This document shows positions 27,602 through 38,213 of a stretch of DNA of 51,776 bases, piece by piece (within the stretch, counting starts at the first letter, position 1; every line of letters starts with the position of its first letter). This DNA comes from an uncultured Clostridium sp. (GTDB lineage Bacteria; Bacillota; Clostridia; Oscillospirales; CAG-272): NCBI GenBank assembly GCA_964629615.1, contig CAZVUD010000003.1, positions 11,764-63,539 of the forward strand. The letters run 5' to 3'. Under the pieces are notes generated by a model. It made no database searches. It was not told the origin of the DNA and saw nothing but the letters and a program-made list of their open reading frames with translations. The position numbers were made by a program, and so were the translations under genes.

Positions 27602-29275
27602 TCAGAACAGTCCCGTAATGTTGCCGTTTTCGTCAACATCTATATTGTTTGCCGCAGGTATCTTGGGCAGACCCGGCATGGTCATGACAGATCCTGTAAG
27701 TACAACTATAAATCCTGCACCTGCGGAAAGCTTTACCTCTCTGACAGTTATCTTAAATCCCTCGGGGCGTCCGAGCAATGAAGCATCGTCAGAAAGAGAA
27801 TACTGGGTCTTTGCCATGCATACGGGCAAGAGCGCGTAATCCTTTGAAAGCGAGAGTATGTCGGAAAGCTGTTTTTTAGCCGCTGATTCAAATACCACAC
27901 CGTCAGCACCGTATATGTTCTTGGCTATTATTTCTATCTTTTCCTCGATAGAGCAGGAATCCTCATACATATATCTGAAATCCGAAGCATCCTCACACGC
28001 CTCAACAACAGCATGTGCAAGCTCGATACCGCCATCGCCGCCGTGTGCGAACACGTCGGAAAGCGCAAGGCGTACGCCCTTTGCGCGGCACAGCTCTCTT
28101 ATGATATCAAGCTCGTTTTCGGTATCCGTGTCAAATTTGTTTATCGCAACTACGCAGGGAAGTCCGAATTTGCGGATGTTGTCTATGTGAGCCTCAAGAT
28201 TTACGATACCGCGTCTGAGAGCATCGGTATCCTCTGCCTTAAGCTCGGTCTTTTTAACACCGCCGTTATATTTAAGCGCGCGAACGGTTGCGACCAATAC
28301 CACCGCATCAGGGGATATTCCTGCCTTTCTGCACTTTATATCAAGGAATTTCTCTGCGCCGAGATCGGCTCCAAAGCCTGCCTCTGTTATAGTGTAATCG
28401 CAAAGCTTCATTGCAAGCTTTGTGGCTCTCACGCTGTTACAGCCGTGAGCGATGTTTGCAAAAGGACCGCCATGTATTATTGCAGGCGTGTTCTCAATGG
28501 TCTGTACGAGATTGGGCTTTATTGCATCCTTAAGCAGAGCAGTCATTGCGCCCTCTGCATGTATGTCGCGGCAGTATACGGGAGAGCCGTCGTATTTGTA
28601 TGCAATAAGTATGTCGCCAAGGCGCTTTTTCAGATCGTTTATATCTGATGCAAGGCAAAGTATAGCCATTACCTCGCTTGCCACGGTGATAGTGAAATGA
28701 TCCTCTCTCGGAATACCGTTCACCTTGCCGCCAAGACCAACTATGATATTTCTGAGTGCACGGTCATTTGTGTCTGTAACTCTTGCAAATGTGATCCTGC
28801 GCTCATCTATGGAAAGCTCATTACCTTGCTGAAGATGATTGTCGATCATAGCACAGAGCAGATTGTTGGCTGCGGTTATAGCGTGGAAATCTCCCGTGAA
28901 GTGAAGATTTATATCCTCCATGGGGAGGACCTGCGAATATCCGCCTCCTGCGGCACCGCCCTTGACGCCGAAAACAGGTCCGAGGGAAGGCTCGCGCAAT
29001 GCGATTATCGCACTCTTACCTATCTTCTTCATAGCCATTCCGAGTCCTATGGAGGTCGTTGTCTTTCCTTCACCTGCGGGTGTGGGATTTATCGCTGTAA
29101 CGAGCACGAGCTTACCGTCCTTGCGATCACTGACTCTTTTTGTCAAGTCATCAGAGAGCTTTGCCTTGTACTTACCGTAAAGCTCAAGCTCGTCCTCCAA
29201 AATACCGACAGAAGCGGCAATCTCTTTTATGGGAAGCATATTTGCTTCATGTGCTATCTGAATATCTGTTTTCAT
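27602..29275 (-). CDS. fhs: Formate--tetrahydrofolate ligase
   Basis: MKTDIQIA start with GGAGGT RBS, and [11 protein letters not shown] motif. The upstream ATG 29296 lacks an RBS. Confidence 0.95.
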   Translation of the reverse strand: MKTDIQIAHEANMLPIKEIAASVGILEDELELYGKYKAKLSDDLTKRVSDRKDGKLVLVTAINPTPAGEGKTTTSIGLGMAMKKIGKSAIIALREPSLGPVFGVKGGAAGGGYSQVLPMEDINLHFTGDFHAITAANNLLCAMIDNHLQQGNELSIDERRITFARVTDTNDRALRNIIVGLGGKVNGIPREDHFTITVASEVMAILCLASDINDLKKRLGDILIAYKYDGSPVYCRDIHAEGAMTALLKDAIKPNLVQTIENTPAIIHGGPFANIAHGCNSVRATKLAMKLCDYTITEAGFGADLGAEKFLDIKCRKAGISPDAVVLVATVRALKYNGGVKKTELKAEDTDALRRGIVNLEAHIDNIRKFGLPCVVAINKFDTDTENELDIIRELCRAKGVRLALSDVFAHGGDGGIELAHAVVEACEDASDFRYMYEDSCSIEEKIEIIAKNIYGADGVVFESAAKKQLSDILSLSKDYALLPVCMAKTQYSLSDDASLLGRPEGFKITVREVKLSAGAGFIVVLTGSVMTMPGLPKIPAANNIDVDENGNITGLF

Positions 29276-29315
29276 ACCGTACCTCCGAAAACTCAAAGAT
29301 TATTTTTATTAAAGA

Positions 29316-30404
29316 TCATGCCATTTCAGCCATAGAAGCTATGGCAGCGGCAAAACGCTTGTCACTTCTTATCGGTGCCCAGATCCTGCTTGAGAATCTT
29401 CCGCGCAAAAGCTTTGCGCAAAGGGAAACGCTCTCGCTCTCCTTCTTGTGCTCGATCTTGTTGAGAAGAAGTGAGGAATAATTAACACCGTCAGGTCTTG
29501 TATCATAGCTTATGGCATGCTTTGCCATCTTTTCTATGCAATCTATGGCAGACTCATTATCTCCGCCCATAAGGTAGAGCATCGCAAGCTGTCTGTAGGA
29601 GTTGGCAAGTCGGTCGTGGTAATAGAGATAGTCGCCGTCAAACACGACAGAGAAGAGCTCTATTCCTTTTTTCATTATGGTTATCTTCTGTTCAAGAGTA
29701 TAGTTGTTTTCGGAAATATCGGGTACACATGCGATGTTGTATATATGCCACCACATATTGTCTGCAAAATACATGATGTTCTTCTGAGCCTGACAAAATG
29801 CGATATCACCCGTAAGTACGGTAGCCTTTACGATCTCTTTACTGTAGCTCATGCCGTGAAGCCTGTCTGCAATATCAAGAGCCATCTTGTCATTGCCGAG
29901 CTGATGTGAATATATGTCGCAAAGCGTTTTTTTGGTTTCATCGCGAAGCTCATCGTCGGTGCAATCGTCAAGGATATGATTGCACAGGGATATAGCCTCC
30001 ACAAGCTCGTTCTTTTTGGGCTTGCCCTGAGCATTTATCTCTGAAAGCACCTTTGCAAGCTCAAGCTGTATAACGAAGGAGGAGGGTATCTCCGCATAGG
30101 CTTCTCTCAATATATCCAGCGCGGCGGCAAGATCGTCTCTTTCAAGCGCAAGATCTACCTTATCGAGATATTCCTTTATCTTGCTCTCCTTTTGCACGCT
30201 GTCGTAGCACAAAAGCTCGTCCATGCTGATGCCGAAAAAGTCGGCTATCTGGGGGAGAGTTTCTATATCGGGATAGCATATCTCAGACTCCCATCTGGAC
30301 ACTGCCTGTGGGGTCACACCGAGCGCAGATGCAAGCTTGTCCTGCGTTACGTCATTTTTCTTTCGCAATAAGCGGATCTTCTGTCCGATCTTAATCTCTG
30401 TCAT
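29316..30404 (-). CDS. XRE-family HTH regulator with a C-terminal TPR-like helical repeat domain
   Basis: N-terminal HTH (IRLLRKKNDVTQDKLASALGVTPQAVSRWE) followed by about 290 aa of helical repeat-like sequence. Confidence 0.75.
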   Translation of the reverse strand: MTEIKIGQKIRLLRKKNDVTQDKLASALGVTPQAVSRWESEICYPDIETLPQIADFFGISMDELLCYDSVQKESKIKEYLDKVDLALERDDLAAALDILREAYAEIPSSFVIQLELAKVLSEINAQGKPKKNELVEAISLCNHILDDCTDDELRDETKKTLCDIYSHQLGNDKMALDIADRLHGMSYSKEIVKATVLTGDIAFCQAQKNIMYFADNMWWHIYNIACVPDISENNYTLEQKITIMKKGIELFSVVFDGDYLYYHDRLANSYRQLAMLYLMGGDNESAIDCIEKMAKHAISYDTRPDGVNYSSLLLNKIEHKKESESVSLCAKLLRGRFSSRIWAPIRSDKRFAAAIASMAEMA

Positions 30405-30597
30405 GTCGGTATTCCTTTCCGTAAATAGTTTTCCACGGTAACATAAATATTATATTAATATTATATAACATCTCCTGCAATAAGTCAATATTCAATTTAA
30501 AAAAATAAACATTTTGTTTAAATATTCAAATTTTTCCTTGCAAGAGCGGATTTTTATGTCAATTTAAAGATTTTTTCAAAAAATTATAAAAAAGCTC

Positions 30598-30626
30598 TTT
30601 ACTTTATCGCGATAACGTGTTAAAAT
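30598..30626 (+). promoter_or_regulatory. yerC-like operon promoter (extended -10)
   Basis: TTTACT, 17-nt spacer, TGtTAAAAT. Confidence 0.45.
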
Positions 30627-30683
30627 ATTATGTTGGAAATGTTGATGTTAAATAGTTAAATATATGAAAGAGGTAATTAAAGA

Positions 30684-30974
30684 ATGGTAAAAACAGACGC
30701 GAACATTGAATACCTGATAAAATGTATTTCGTCGCTCAAGTGTGAAGATGACTGCAGGAGATTTCTTGAGGATCTCTGCTCGATATCCGAGCTTTATGAG
30801 ATGTCGCGCCGCTTGCGTGCGGCAAGAATGCTGAATGAAGGACGTGTATATTCCGATATAGCCGCCGAAACAGGACTCAGCACAGCAACGATAAGCCGCG
30901 TGAATCGCGCATTGAAATACGGCAACAACGGTTTCCAGACCGCATTTTCTGCCACAAGTGAAACGGAGAATTGA
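30684..30974 (+). CDS. YerC/YecD-family TrpR-related DNA-binding protein
   Basis: About 96 aa, with ELYEMSRRLRAARML...GLSTATISRVNRALKYG. Confidence 0.85.
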   Translation: MVKTDANIEYLIKCISSLKCEDDCRRFLEDLCSISELYEMSRRLRAARMLNEGRVYSDIAAETGLSTATISRVNRALKYGNNGFQTAFSATSETEN

Positions 30975-30980
30975 TGCGAT

Positions 30981-31760
30981 ATGTATTCAGGATACAGCTC
31001 GATCTCGGAAATATACGATAAGATAAATGCCGAGGTCGATTACAGAGCTTGGGCAGACTATTTTGAAGAGTGCTTCGACAGATTTTTGCCATCGCGTCCC
31101 GGGCTGATACTTGACCTTGCCTGCGGAACGGGGAGCATGACTCTTGAGCTTGCAAGCCGAGGCTATGATATGATCGGCGCAGACGGTAGTGATGCCATGC
31201 TCACACGAGCGCTTGACAATGCTTATGACCGAGGCATATCCGATGTTCTTTTTATACATCAGGACATGCAGAGCTTTGAGCTGTACGGAACAGTCGGAGC
31301 GATAACCTGTTGCCTTGACAGCATAAATTATCTCACAGACAAAGAAGATCTTATAAAATGCTTTTCGTCGGTGCATAACTATCTTGATCCCGACGGACTC
31401 TTTCTCTTTGATGTGAATACACCCTATAAGTTTGAAAATGTATATTCCGACAACTCCTATATACATGAGGTGTATGATGAGGAACTGTCACTGAATTGCT
31501 ATTGCGGATGGCAGAACGAATTTGACAGGGATACCGGGCTGTGCAATTTCTATCTTTCGGTATTTACCGAAAAAAACGGCGTATACACACGCGAGGATGA
31601 GGTGCAGACCGAGCGTGCTTATGACATGAGCGAGATAAAGGACGCGCTCACAAAATGTTCATTTGAACTTATCGGTGTATATAGCGGATACGGATTTGAA
31701 GAGATATGCGACACAACGGAAAGATGGCATTTTGTCGCACGTGCAAAAAAGAATGTCTAA
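30981..31760 (+). CDS. Class I SAM-dependent methyltransferase
   Basis: ILDLACGTG motif I; about 260 aa. Confidence 0.8.
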   Translation: MYSGYSSISEIYDKINAEVDYRAWADYFEECFDRFLPSRPGLILDLACGTGSMTLELASRGYDMIGADGSDAMLTRALDNAYDRGISDVLFIHQDMQSFELYGTVGAITCCLDSINYLTDKEDLIKCFSSVHNYLDPDGLFLFDVNTPYKFENVYSDNSYIHEVYDEELSLNCYCGWQNEFDRDTGLCNFYLSVFTEKNGVYTREDEVQTERAYDMSEIKDALTKCSFELIGVYSGYGFEEICDTTERWHFVARAKKNV

Positions 31761-31817
31761 ATTTATACGTATATAAAATACGCTCTTTATGAGCATTTCG
31801 GAAAGGTAAGGATATTT

Positions 31818-32732
31818 ATGGCAAACTCTAATATCCTGCGCGCCATGACAAGTGACGGAAGCGCGCGGATACACATTATAAATTCAACAGATATAGTAAA
31901 TAAAGCAATAAAATGCCACGACACGAGCCCCGTTTGCAGTGCCGCGCTCGGCAGACTCTTAACGGCAACATCCATGATGGGATGCATGCTCGGAGAAGAG
32001 AAGGACACCATCACGGTCACGATCAGCGGCGACGGACCTGCAGGCAAGATAATCGCTGTCGGTGACTACATCGGAAACGTGCGTGGATATATTCAGAATA
32101 CAAATGTAGATATCCCGCTTAAATCCAACGGCAAGCTTGATGTCAGCGGTGCTGTAGGCAAGGGCTGTCTTAATATCGTCCGTGACATGGGCGTTGATGA
32201 GCCTTACAGCGGTTCCATTGAGCTCGTATCAGGTGAGATAGCAGAGGATATCGCATCCTATTATGCTTCAAGTGAGCAGATACCCACAGTTTGTGCCTTG
32301 GGAGTTCTTGTCGACACAGATTGGTCCTGCCGCGCCGCGGGAGGTATAATAATACAGCTGCTTCCATTTGCCGATGAGGATACGGTAAGTCAGATAGAAA
32401 AAAATCTGCCGCTTATAAGCAATGTATCCGCGCTTTTCGACAAAGGACTTTCAAATGAAGAGATATGCAGTATTGCCATGACAGGCATCGACTACGATCT
32501 TTTTGACACCATAGATGTAGACTATAAGTGCACATGCTCTTATGACAGAATGAAGAATGCACTGACATCAATGGGTGAGCGTGATATAAGAAAGCTGTTT
32601 GACGAGCAATTAGCCGAGGGAAAGCCCGAGGAGCTTGAGGTAGTATGCCGTTTTTGCAATTCAAGATTTACATTCACGCCAAGCGATCTGATAGCAAATG
32701 ATACATCGAAAGGATCGGAGAGTGGCATATGA
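31818..32732 (+). CDS. hslO: Redox-regulated chaperone Hsp33
   Basis: C-terminal zinc centre CTCS...CRFC and an N-terminal Hsp33-like sequence. Confidence 0.9.
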   Translation: MANSNILRAMTSDGSARIHIINSTDIVNKAIKCHDTSPVCSAALGRLLTATSMMGCMLGEEKDTITVTISGDGPAGKIIAVGDYIGNVRGYIQNTNVDIPLKSNGKLDVSGAVGKGCLNIVRDMGVDEPYSGSIELVSGEIAEDIASYYASSEQIPTVCALGVLVDTDWSCRAAGGIIIQLLPFADEDTVSQIEKNLPLISNVSALFDKGLSNEEICSIAMTGIDYDLFDTIDVDYKCTCSYDRMKNALTSMGERDIRKLFDEQLAEGKPEELEVVCRFCNSRFTFTPSDLIANDTSKGSESGI

Positions 32733-33718
32733 AGAACATTTTGCTTATAACCACGGGCGGCACGATAGCATCGCTTGAAAGTGACGGCGGACTTGTACCT
32801 GCGCTTGCCTCGGATCAGCTGCTGAGCCACGTGCCCGAGGTACAGAATATCTGTAAGGTATCGACAGTCCAGCTCTATAATCTCGACAGCACCAACATGA
32901 AGCCCGAATATTGGCTGAATATAGCAGGATATATATCCAAGGTATATGATGATTACGACGGATTTGTGATAACCCACGGCACCGATACCATGGCATATGC
33001 CGCCGCGGTGCTTTACTACCTCATACAGAACAGTAATAAGCCGATTGTTCTTACAGGTGCACAGATACCGATAGAGAAGCGCGATACCGATGCAAGAGAA
33101 AATCTCGCAGATGCATTTATATACGCGTCCGATGACAACGCATGCGGTGTGCATATAGTTTTTGACGGCAAGATAATAGCGGCAACCCGCGCAAGAAAAA
33201 CACACTCAAAAAGCTTCAATGCTTTCTCAAGCATTGACTATCCCGATATCGGATTTGTCCGCGGCGGAAGAGTTAAATACTACATCAGGGAAGATCTCAA
33301 GGGTCCCGTCAGATTTTACAATGAGATAGATCCGTCCGTCGTCGTTGTGAAATTAGTTCCCGGCATGCGTGCTGATATATTTGATTACGTTGCCGATAAA
33401 TGCCACGCAGTCATAATCGAGAGCTTCGGTGTCGGCGGAATACCGTATTATGAAAATGACGAATTCGTCGAAAAGATCGAATACCTTATATCAAAGGGCG
33501 TAAAGATAATCATAACTACACAAGTACCGCACGAGGGAAGTGATATGACAGTATATCAGGTGGGACTGCGTATAAAGCAGAAATATGAGATCCCCGAATC
33601 ATATGATATGACCACAGAGGCTCTTGTGGCAAAGACCATGTGGGCATTGCCGAGAACATCATCCATGCATGATTTTGCTGTTCTTCTGCACACTCCGATA
33701 GGAAATGATATGATATAA
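32729..33718 (+). CDS. ansA: L-asparaginase (type I)
   Basis: ITTGGTIAS and HGTDTMAY motifs; 4-nt overlap with hslO. Confidence 0.85.
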   Translation: MKNILLITTGGTIASLESDGGLVPALASDQLLSHVPEVQNICKVSTVQLYNLDSTNMKPEYWLNIAGYISKVYDDYDGFVITHGTDTMAYAAAVLYYLIQNSNKPIVLTGAQIPIEKRDTDARENLADAFIYASDDNACGVHIVFDGKIIAATRARKTHSKSFNAFSSIDYPDIGFVRGGRVKYYIREDLKGPVRFYNEIDPSVVVVKLVPGMRADIFDYVADKCHAVIIESFGVGGIPYYENDEFVEKIEYLISKGVKIIITTQVPHEGSDMTVYQVGLRIKQKYEIPESYDMTTEALVAKTMWALPRTSSMHDFAVLLHTPIGNDMI

Positions 33719-33763
33719 GATAAGACCCGAGCAAACGTATACCTGCGCTTGCTCGGGAATTTT

Positions 33764-34324
33764 TTATATAAACAGCTTGCGTATCTGCCTGCCTTGGAGC
33801 GCCTGATCCACCGTATCACGCAAAAGTGTGAAGTCACAGACCAATGAATGCGGCTTGTTTTCGGGATCGTCCTGCTTTAAGGGAACAAAAAATACATTCT
33901 TGCGCTGTAAAAGTGATGCTATATTTTTAAGATTTGCAGACATCGCATCATTGCTTGCAAGCGCTATAACAAGAGGACGGTCCTGGCGCATGTGCGCCTT
34001 TGCCGCCATGCATACGGGTGTGTCTGTTATTCCGTTGGCTATCTTGGCAAGCGTGTTTCCCGTGCACGGGCATATAACCATGTATTCAAGCTTGTATTTC
34101 GGACCGAGCGGCTCTGCATCCTTTATAGTGTGTATTATCTCCCTTTGGCATATCTCCTTGCACTTGTCTCTCCATTGCTTTGCGCTTCCGAACCTTGTAT
34201 CGGTATAGTAAACGGTATCGCTCATGATGGGCATTATATCATTGCCGAGATCACTTATATATCCCATCTGCTCGATTCCGTGTCCGAGAGTGCAGAACGA
34301 GCCGCACATAGCAAAACCTATCAT
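33764..34324 (-). CDS. dpaB: Dipicolinate synthase subunit B
   Basis: Flavoprotein-like, about 186 aa, N-terminus IGFAMCGSFCT, overlapping the dpaA-like gene. Confidence 0.8.
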   Translation of the reverse strand: MIGFAMCGSFCTLGHGIEQMGYISDLGNDIMPIMSDTVYYTDTRFGSAKQWRDKCKEICQREIIHTIKDAEPLGPKYKLEYMVICPCTGNTLAKIANGITDTPVCMAAKAHMRQDRPLVIALASNDAMSANLKNIASLLQRKNVFFVPLKQDDPENKPHSLVCDFTLLRDTVDQALQGRQIRKLFI

Positions 34325-35232
34325 AAAACATCACCTTCACCTTCAAAATAACTGTCTATCCATGCCTGTGTCTCATCAAATATATATTCACCTGCGCTTC
34401 GCGGTGCGTACCTTGACGGCAAGGAGGGAGCATATATGTTATTAAAACCGAGCTCTCTTGCTTTTTGTGCATCTATACCGCCGGGCAAGGATGCAAGCTC
34501 GATATATATGGGTCTTTCCTTCATTGCTTCAAGTGTATCTGCGCCTATGACCCTACTTGGAACAGTATTGAATATGACCGAGCACATATCAAGCGAGGCG
34601 GCAAGATCACTTGCATACCAGTTATGTCTACCATCACCGCACAGCCTGAAATGTCCGTATCCGTCTGCCGCGGCAGTATCCCGTCTTGCGTATACTGTAA
34701 CATCTGCTCCCAGCAGCTTAAGTATCCTTGCAAGCTGTTTTCCTATCCTGCCGTACCCGATGACAGCGTATTCTGAGCCTGCGATAGTGTCCTTCGTGTT
34801 TGACATGGCAATGGATAGCGCACCCTCAGCTGTCGCGTAGGCATTTTTCAGCATAAGACTCTCGCTTTTGTAATAATCGTATACCGTATGCCCCATATCT
34901 TTAAATCTGTCCGAAATATTCTCGGGTATCATTCCTCCGAGTATCAGCTTCTTTTTATTTCCAAAGTGCAAATGATCCAGTGCCACCTTTTCTTTAGATG
35001 ACGATATATATATCCCGTCGCGCGTAAGGGGGAGGGGAAGCAATATTACATCCGATGCACCTATGACCTCATTTTCGCTGTCGCATATGGTCGCACCATT
35101 AAGACCTTCAGTGTCGCAAAGACCGAATACATATACTTTATATCCCTCGCATACATATCTTTCCGCGAGATATACGGTCCTCATATCTCCGCATAGTATG
35201 CCGATGCTGTTCTTTTCTGTGAGTCTGTCCAT
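34321..35232 (-). CDS. dpaA: Dipicolinate synthase subunit A
   Basis: Dehydrogenase-like Rossmann fold (VIGYGRIGKQLA), about 300 aa, 4-nt overlap with dpaB. Confidence 0.8.
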   Translation of the reverse strand: MDRLTEKNSIGILCGDMRTVYLAERYVCEGYKVYVFGLCDTEGLNGATICDSENEVIGASDVILLPLPLTRDGIYISSSKEKVALDHLHFGNKKKLILGGMIPENISDRFKDMGHTVYDYYKSESLMLKNAYATAEGALSIAMSNTKDTIAGSEYAVIGYGRIGKQLARILKLLGADVTVYARRDTAAADGYGHFRLCGDGRHNWYASDLAASLDMCSVIFNTVPSRVIGADTLEAMKERPIYIELASLPGGIDAQKARELGFNNIYAPSLPSRYAPRSAGEYIFDETQAWIDSYFEGEGDVL

Positions 35233-35437
35233 ATAATGTGCCTTTCTGAAATCAAGATCCTCATATTATATAGTATTCAGATCTACAAATTTTGACATGA
35301 TCTGAGCATAAAAAATTGTTTTGGAATATTTGCGATATTAACAATTAGTTCATACAATTTCATGCACAATGTGATATAATTAGGATGTAATTGTATGCAA
35401 AAATAATTAACACAATAAAACACAACGGAGGATTATT

Positions 35438-36910
35438 ATGGCTGATCTTAAAATGCTTGCCATCGACCTTGGCGCTTCAAGCGGCAGAGGTATAGTTGGC
35501 TCATTCGACGGTGAAAAGCTTACACTCAGAGAAAATCACAGATTTTCCAACGACCCCGTATTCGTAAACGGCAGATTTACATGGGATATTCTCAGAATAT
35601 TCTTTGAGATCAAGAACTCTATCACAAAGACCGTCATCGACGGTGACGATATCCACAGCATGGGTATCGACACATGGGGCGTTGACTATGCGCTTCTTGA
35701 CAAGAACGGAAGGATGATGGCAAACCCCGCTCACTACAGAGATACAAGAACTGTAAATATCACAGATTATGTAAAGCAGTTCGTTTCTCCCGAAGAGATC
35801 TACAGGATCACAGGTATCCAGGCTTGCGATTTCAATACTCTCAATCAGCTTGCAGCTGACAGAAGAGATGATCCCGACAGCTTCGAGCGCGCAGATAAGA
35901 TGCTCTTTATCCCCGACCTTCTCAACTACTTCCTTACAGGTAAGATGGCTACAGAATACACCATTGCATCCACAGGTATGATACTTGATGCGGCAAAGAG
36001 AGATTTTGCTTACAGCCTCACAGACGCTATCGGCGCAAAGAGATCTCTGTTCGCTCCCCTCGTTCAGCCCGGAAATTGCCTTGGCGGACTTCTCCCCCAG
36101 ATCAACGACGAGGTCGGCAAAAACCACATCAAGGTAGTAAACGTTGCATCTCATGACACTGCAAGTGCGGTAATATCCGTTCCTGCGACAAATGATGACT
36201 TTATCTACATATCCAGCGGTACATGGTCGCTCATGGGCGGCGAGCTCAAGGCTCCTCTCATCAACGACGCAACAAGACTTGCAAACTTCACAAATGAAGG
36301 CGGCGCTCTTAATACGATCAGATTCTTAAAGAACATAATGGGACTTTGGATCATTCAGGAATCAAGACGTCAGTGGAAGAGAGAGGGCAACGAGTACAGC
36401 TTTGCACAGATGGAAGCATGGGCAAAGGAAGCAACACCCTTCGCATCTCTCATCAACCCCGATTACCATACATTCGGTACTCCCGGAAATATGCCTGAAA
36501 AGATCCGCGACTACTGCCGCATGACAGGTCAGCACGTTCCCGAGAGCGTAGGAGAGGTAGTTCGTTGCATTTACGAATCTCTCGCGCTTAAGTACAGATA
36601 CACGGTTGAAACAATTGAAAAGCTTAACGGCAAGGCTACTAAGATGATCAATGTCGTTGGCGGCGGAACAAAGGATAAGTTCCTCTCGCAGATGACAGCC
36701 GACGCTTGCGGTATACCTGTATGTGCAGGACCTGAGGAGGCAACATCCATAGGTAACCTCATGATGCAGGCTATCGCGGCAGGTGAAGTGCGCGACCTTA
36801 CAGAGGCGCGCGAGGTAGTCAAGAATTCCTTCGAGCTTAAGCACTATGAGCCTACTTCTGAAAGAGGCGCATGGGATGCAGCTTACGAGAAATTCTGCAG
36901 CCTGCAGTGA
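35438..36910 (+). CDS. rhaB: FGGY-family sugar kinase, rhamnulokinase-like
   Basis: AIDLGASSGRG N-terminal motif, about 490 aa, FGGY C-terminal GGG motif (VVGGGTKD). Confidence 0.7.
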   Translation: MADLKMLAIDLGASSGRGIVGSFDGEKLTLRENHRFSNDPVFVNGRFTWDILRIFFEIKNSITKTVIDGDDIHSMGIDTWGVDYALLDKNGRMMANPAHYRDTRTVNITDYVKQFVSPEEIYRITGIQACDFNTLNQLAADRRDDPDSFERADKMLFIPDLLNYFLTGKMATEYTIASTGMILDAAKRDFAYSLTDAIGAKRSLFAPLVQPGNCLGGLLPQINDEVGKNHIKVVNVASHDTASAVISVPATNDDFIYISSGTWSLMGGELKAPLINDATRLANFTNEGGALNTIRFLKNIMGLWIIQESRRQWKREGNEYSFAQMEAWAKEATPFASLINPDYHTFGTPGNMPEKIRDYCRMTGQHVPESVGEVVRCIYESLALKYRYTVETIEKLNGKATKMINVVGGGTKDKFLSQMTADACGIPVCAGPEEATSIGNLMMQAIAAGEVRDLTEAREVVKNSFELKHYEPTSERGAWDAAYEKFCSLQ

Positions 36911-36920
36911 TCTTATAATT

Positions 36921-36947
36921 TGAGTAACGGCATTTTGCCGTTACTCA
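36921..36947 (+). terminator. Hairpin after the kinase gene (weak U-tract)
   Basis: TGAGTAACGGCA-ttt-TGCCGTTACTCA. Confidence 0.4.
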
Positions 36948-37007
36948 AAGTGTTTATCGCACAGTTTAAATATTTTTTGTCAATTATATAAAACGGAGGA
37001 TGATTTT

Positions 37008-38144
37008 ATGAAAGACGCACAGATCGCCGAGTTGAGTGTTATAGGAATGCGCGGATGCGAAACCTTTGCTGAACAAGTGGATAGCTACCTTAGGGAGTGG
37101 CGCAGACACAACAGCGAGGAAACTTACCTTGTTGATGCCGCTTGTCCGAGATTCGGAACGGGTGAGGGAAAGGGACTTATCCATGAATCCATGCGCGGAC
37201 AGGACGTTTACATCATATGCGATGTATTTAATTATGGTGTGACCTATAACATGTACGGACAGACAGTGCCGATGAGCCCTGATGACCACTATGCCGACCT
37301 TAAGAGGATCGTTGCCGCCATTGCAGGTAAGGCACGCAGGATCACCGTTATAATGCCTATGCTCTATGAGGGCAGACAGCACAAGAGAAATGCAAGAGAA
37401 TCTCTCGACTGCGCAATAATGCTTCAGGAGCTTGTAAAGATAGGTATTTCCAACATTATCACATTTGACGCACACGACCCCAGAGTTTGCAATGCAATAC
37501 CACTTTCGGGATTTGACAATGTGCGCCCCTCCTATCAGATGATCAAGGCTCTTATAAGAGCTGTTCCGGATATTGAAATTGACAAAGAACACCTCATGAT
37601 GATATCCCCCGATGAGGGTGCCATGGGCAGATGCATGTATTATTCTTCTGTTCTCGGCGTTGATATCGGAATGTTCTATAAGCGCAGAAACTATTCAGTT
37701 GTTATCAACGGTAAGAACCCGATCGAGGCTCATGAATACCTCGGTCAGGATCTCACAGGCAAGGATGTTATCGTGGTAGACGATATGATCTCATCCGGAG
37801 AATCCATGCTCGATGTCTGCCAGCAGCTCAAGGACAGAGGCGCAAAGAGAATATTCGCATTTGCCACATTCGGACTCTTCACGGACGGATTTGACAAATT
37901 CGACAAAGCATATGAAAACGGAATACTCTCAAAGGTATTTACCACAAACCTCGTATACCGCCGTCCCGGTCTTACAGACAAGCCTTGGCATGTAGATGTA
38001 AACATGTGCAAATACATGGCATATCTTATAGACACACTCAATCATGATGCTACCATAAGCCTTCTGCTCGATCCTGTAAAGAGGATCAACTCTATCGTAA
38101 ATAAGCACAAGGCGCAGATGGAAGAAGAAAAAGCAGCTAAATAA
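37008..38144 (+). CDS. prs: Ribose-phosphate diphosphokinase family protein (long form, 378 aa)
   Basis: PRPP-binding loop VIVVDDMISSGES and the DAHD motif. Confidence 0.8.
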   Translation: MKDAQIAELSVIGMRGCETFAEQVDSYLREWRRHNSEETYLVDAACPRFGTGEGKGLIHESMRGQDVYIICDVFNYGVTYNMYGQTVPMSPDDHYADLKRIVAAIAGKARRITVIMPMLYEGRQHKRNARESLDCAIMLQELVKIGISNIITFDAHDPRVCNAIPLSGFDNVRPSYQMIKALIRAVPDIEIDKEHLMMISPDEGAMGRCMYYSSVLGVDIGMFYKRRNYSVVINGKNPIEAHEYLGQDLTGKDVIVVDDMISSGESMLDVCQQLKDRGAKRIFAFATFGLFTDGFDKFDKAYENGILSKVFTTNLVYRRPGLTDKPWHVDVNMCKYMAYLIDTLNHDATISLLLDPVKRINSIVNKHKAQMEEEKAAK

Positions 38145-38154
38145 AGCTTACAAC

Positions 38155-38195
38155 AAAAAATACCGAACCGACTGTTTGTCGGTTCGGTATTTTTT
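38155..38195. terminator. Bidirectional terminator between prs and the KH-domain gene
   Basis: AAAAAA-TACCGAACCGAC-tgttt-GTCGGTTCGGTA-TTTTTT. Confidence 0.85.
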
Positions 38196-38213
38196 GTTAA
38201 GTAACATTGAAGA

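Noticed and set aside
28013-29335. Two plus-strand ORFs of about 211 aa (28013..28648 and 28697..29335)
   Set aside because: Both are antisense to fhs, whose identity is certain.
30630-30659. Mini-ORF MLEMLMLNS as a possible signalling pro-peptide for the HTH-TPR regulator
   Set aside because: It has no RBS. Its ATG lies within a few nucleotides of the predicted -10 and TSS of the yerC-like operon. It has no signal or export features and is too short.
32540-33205. 221-aa ORF on the minus strand. Similar cases are 35501..36154 and 36984..37592.
   Set aside because: They are antisense to ansA, the FGGY kinase gene and prs respectively. None has an RBS or family motifs.
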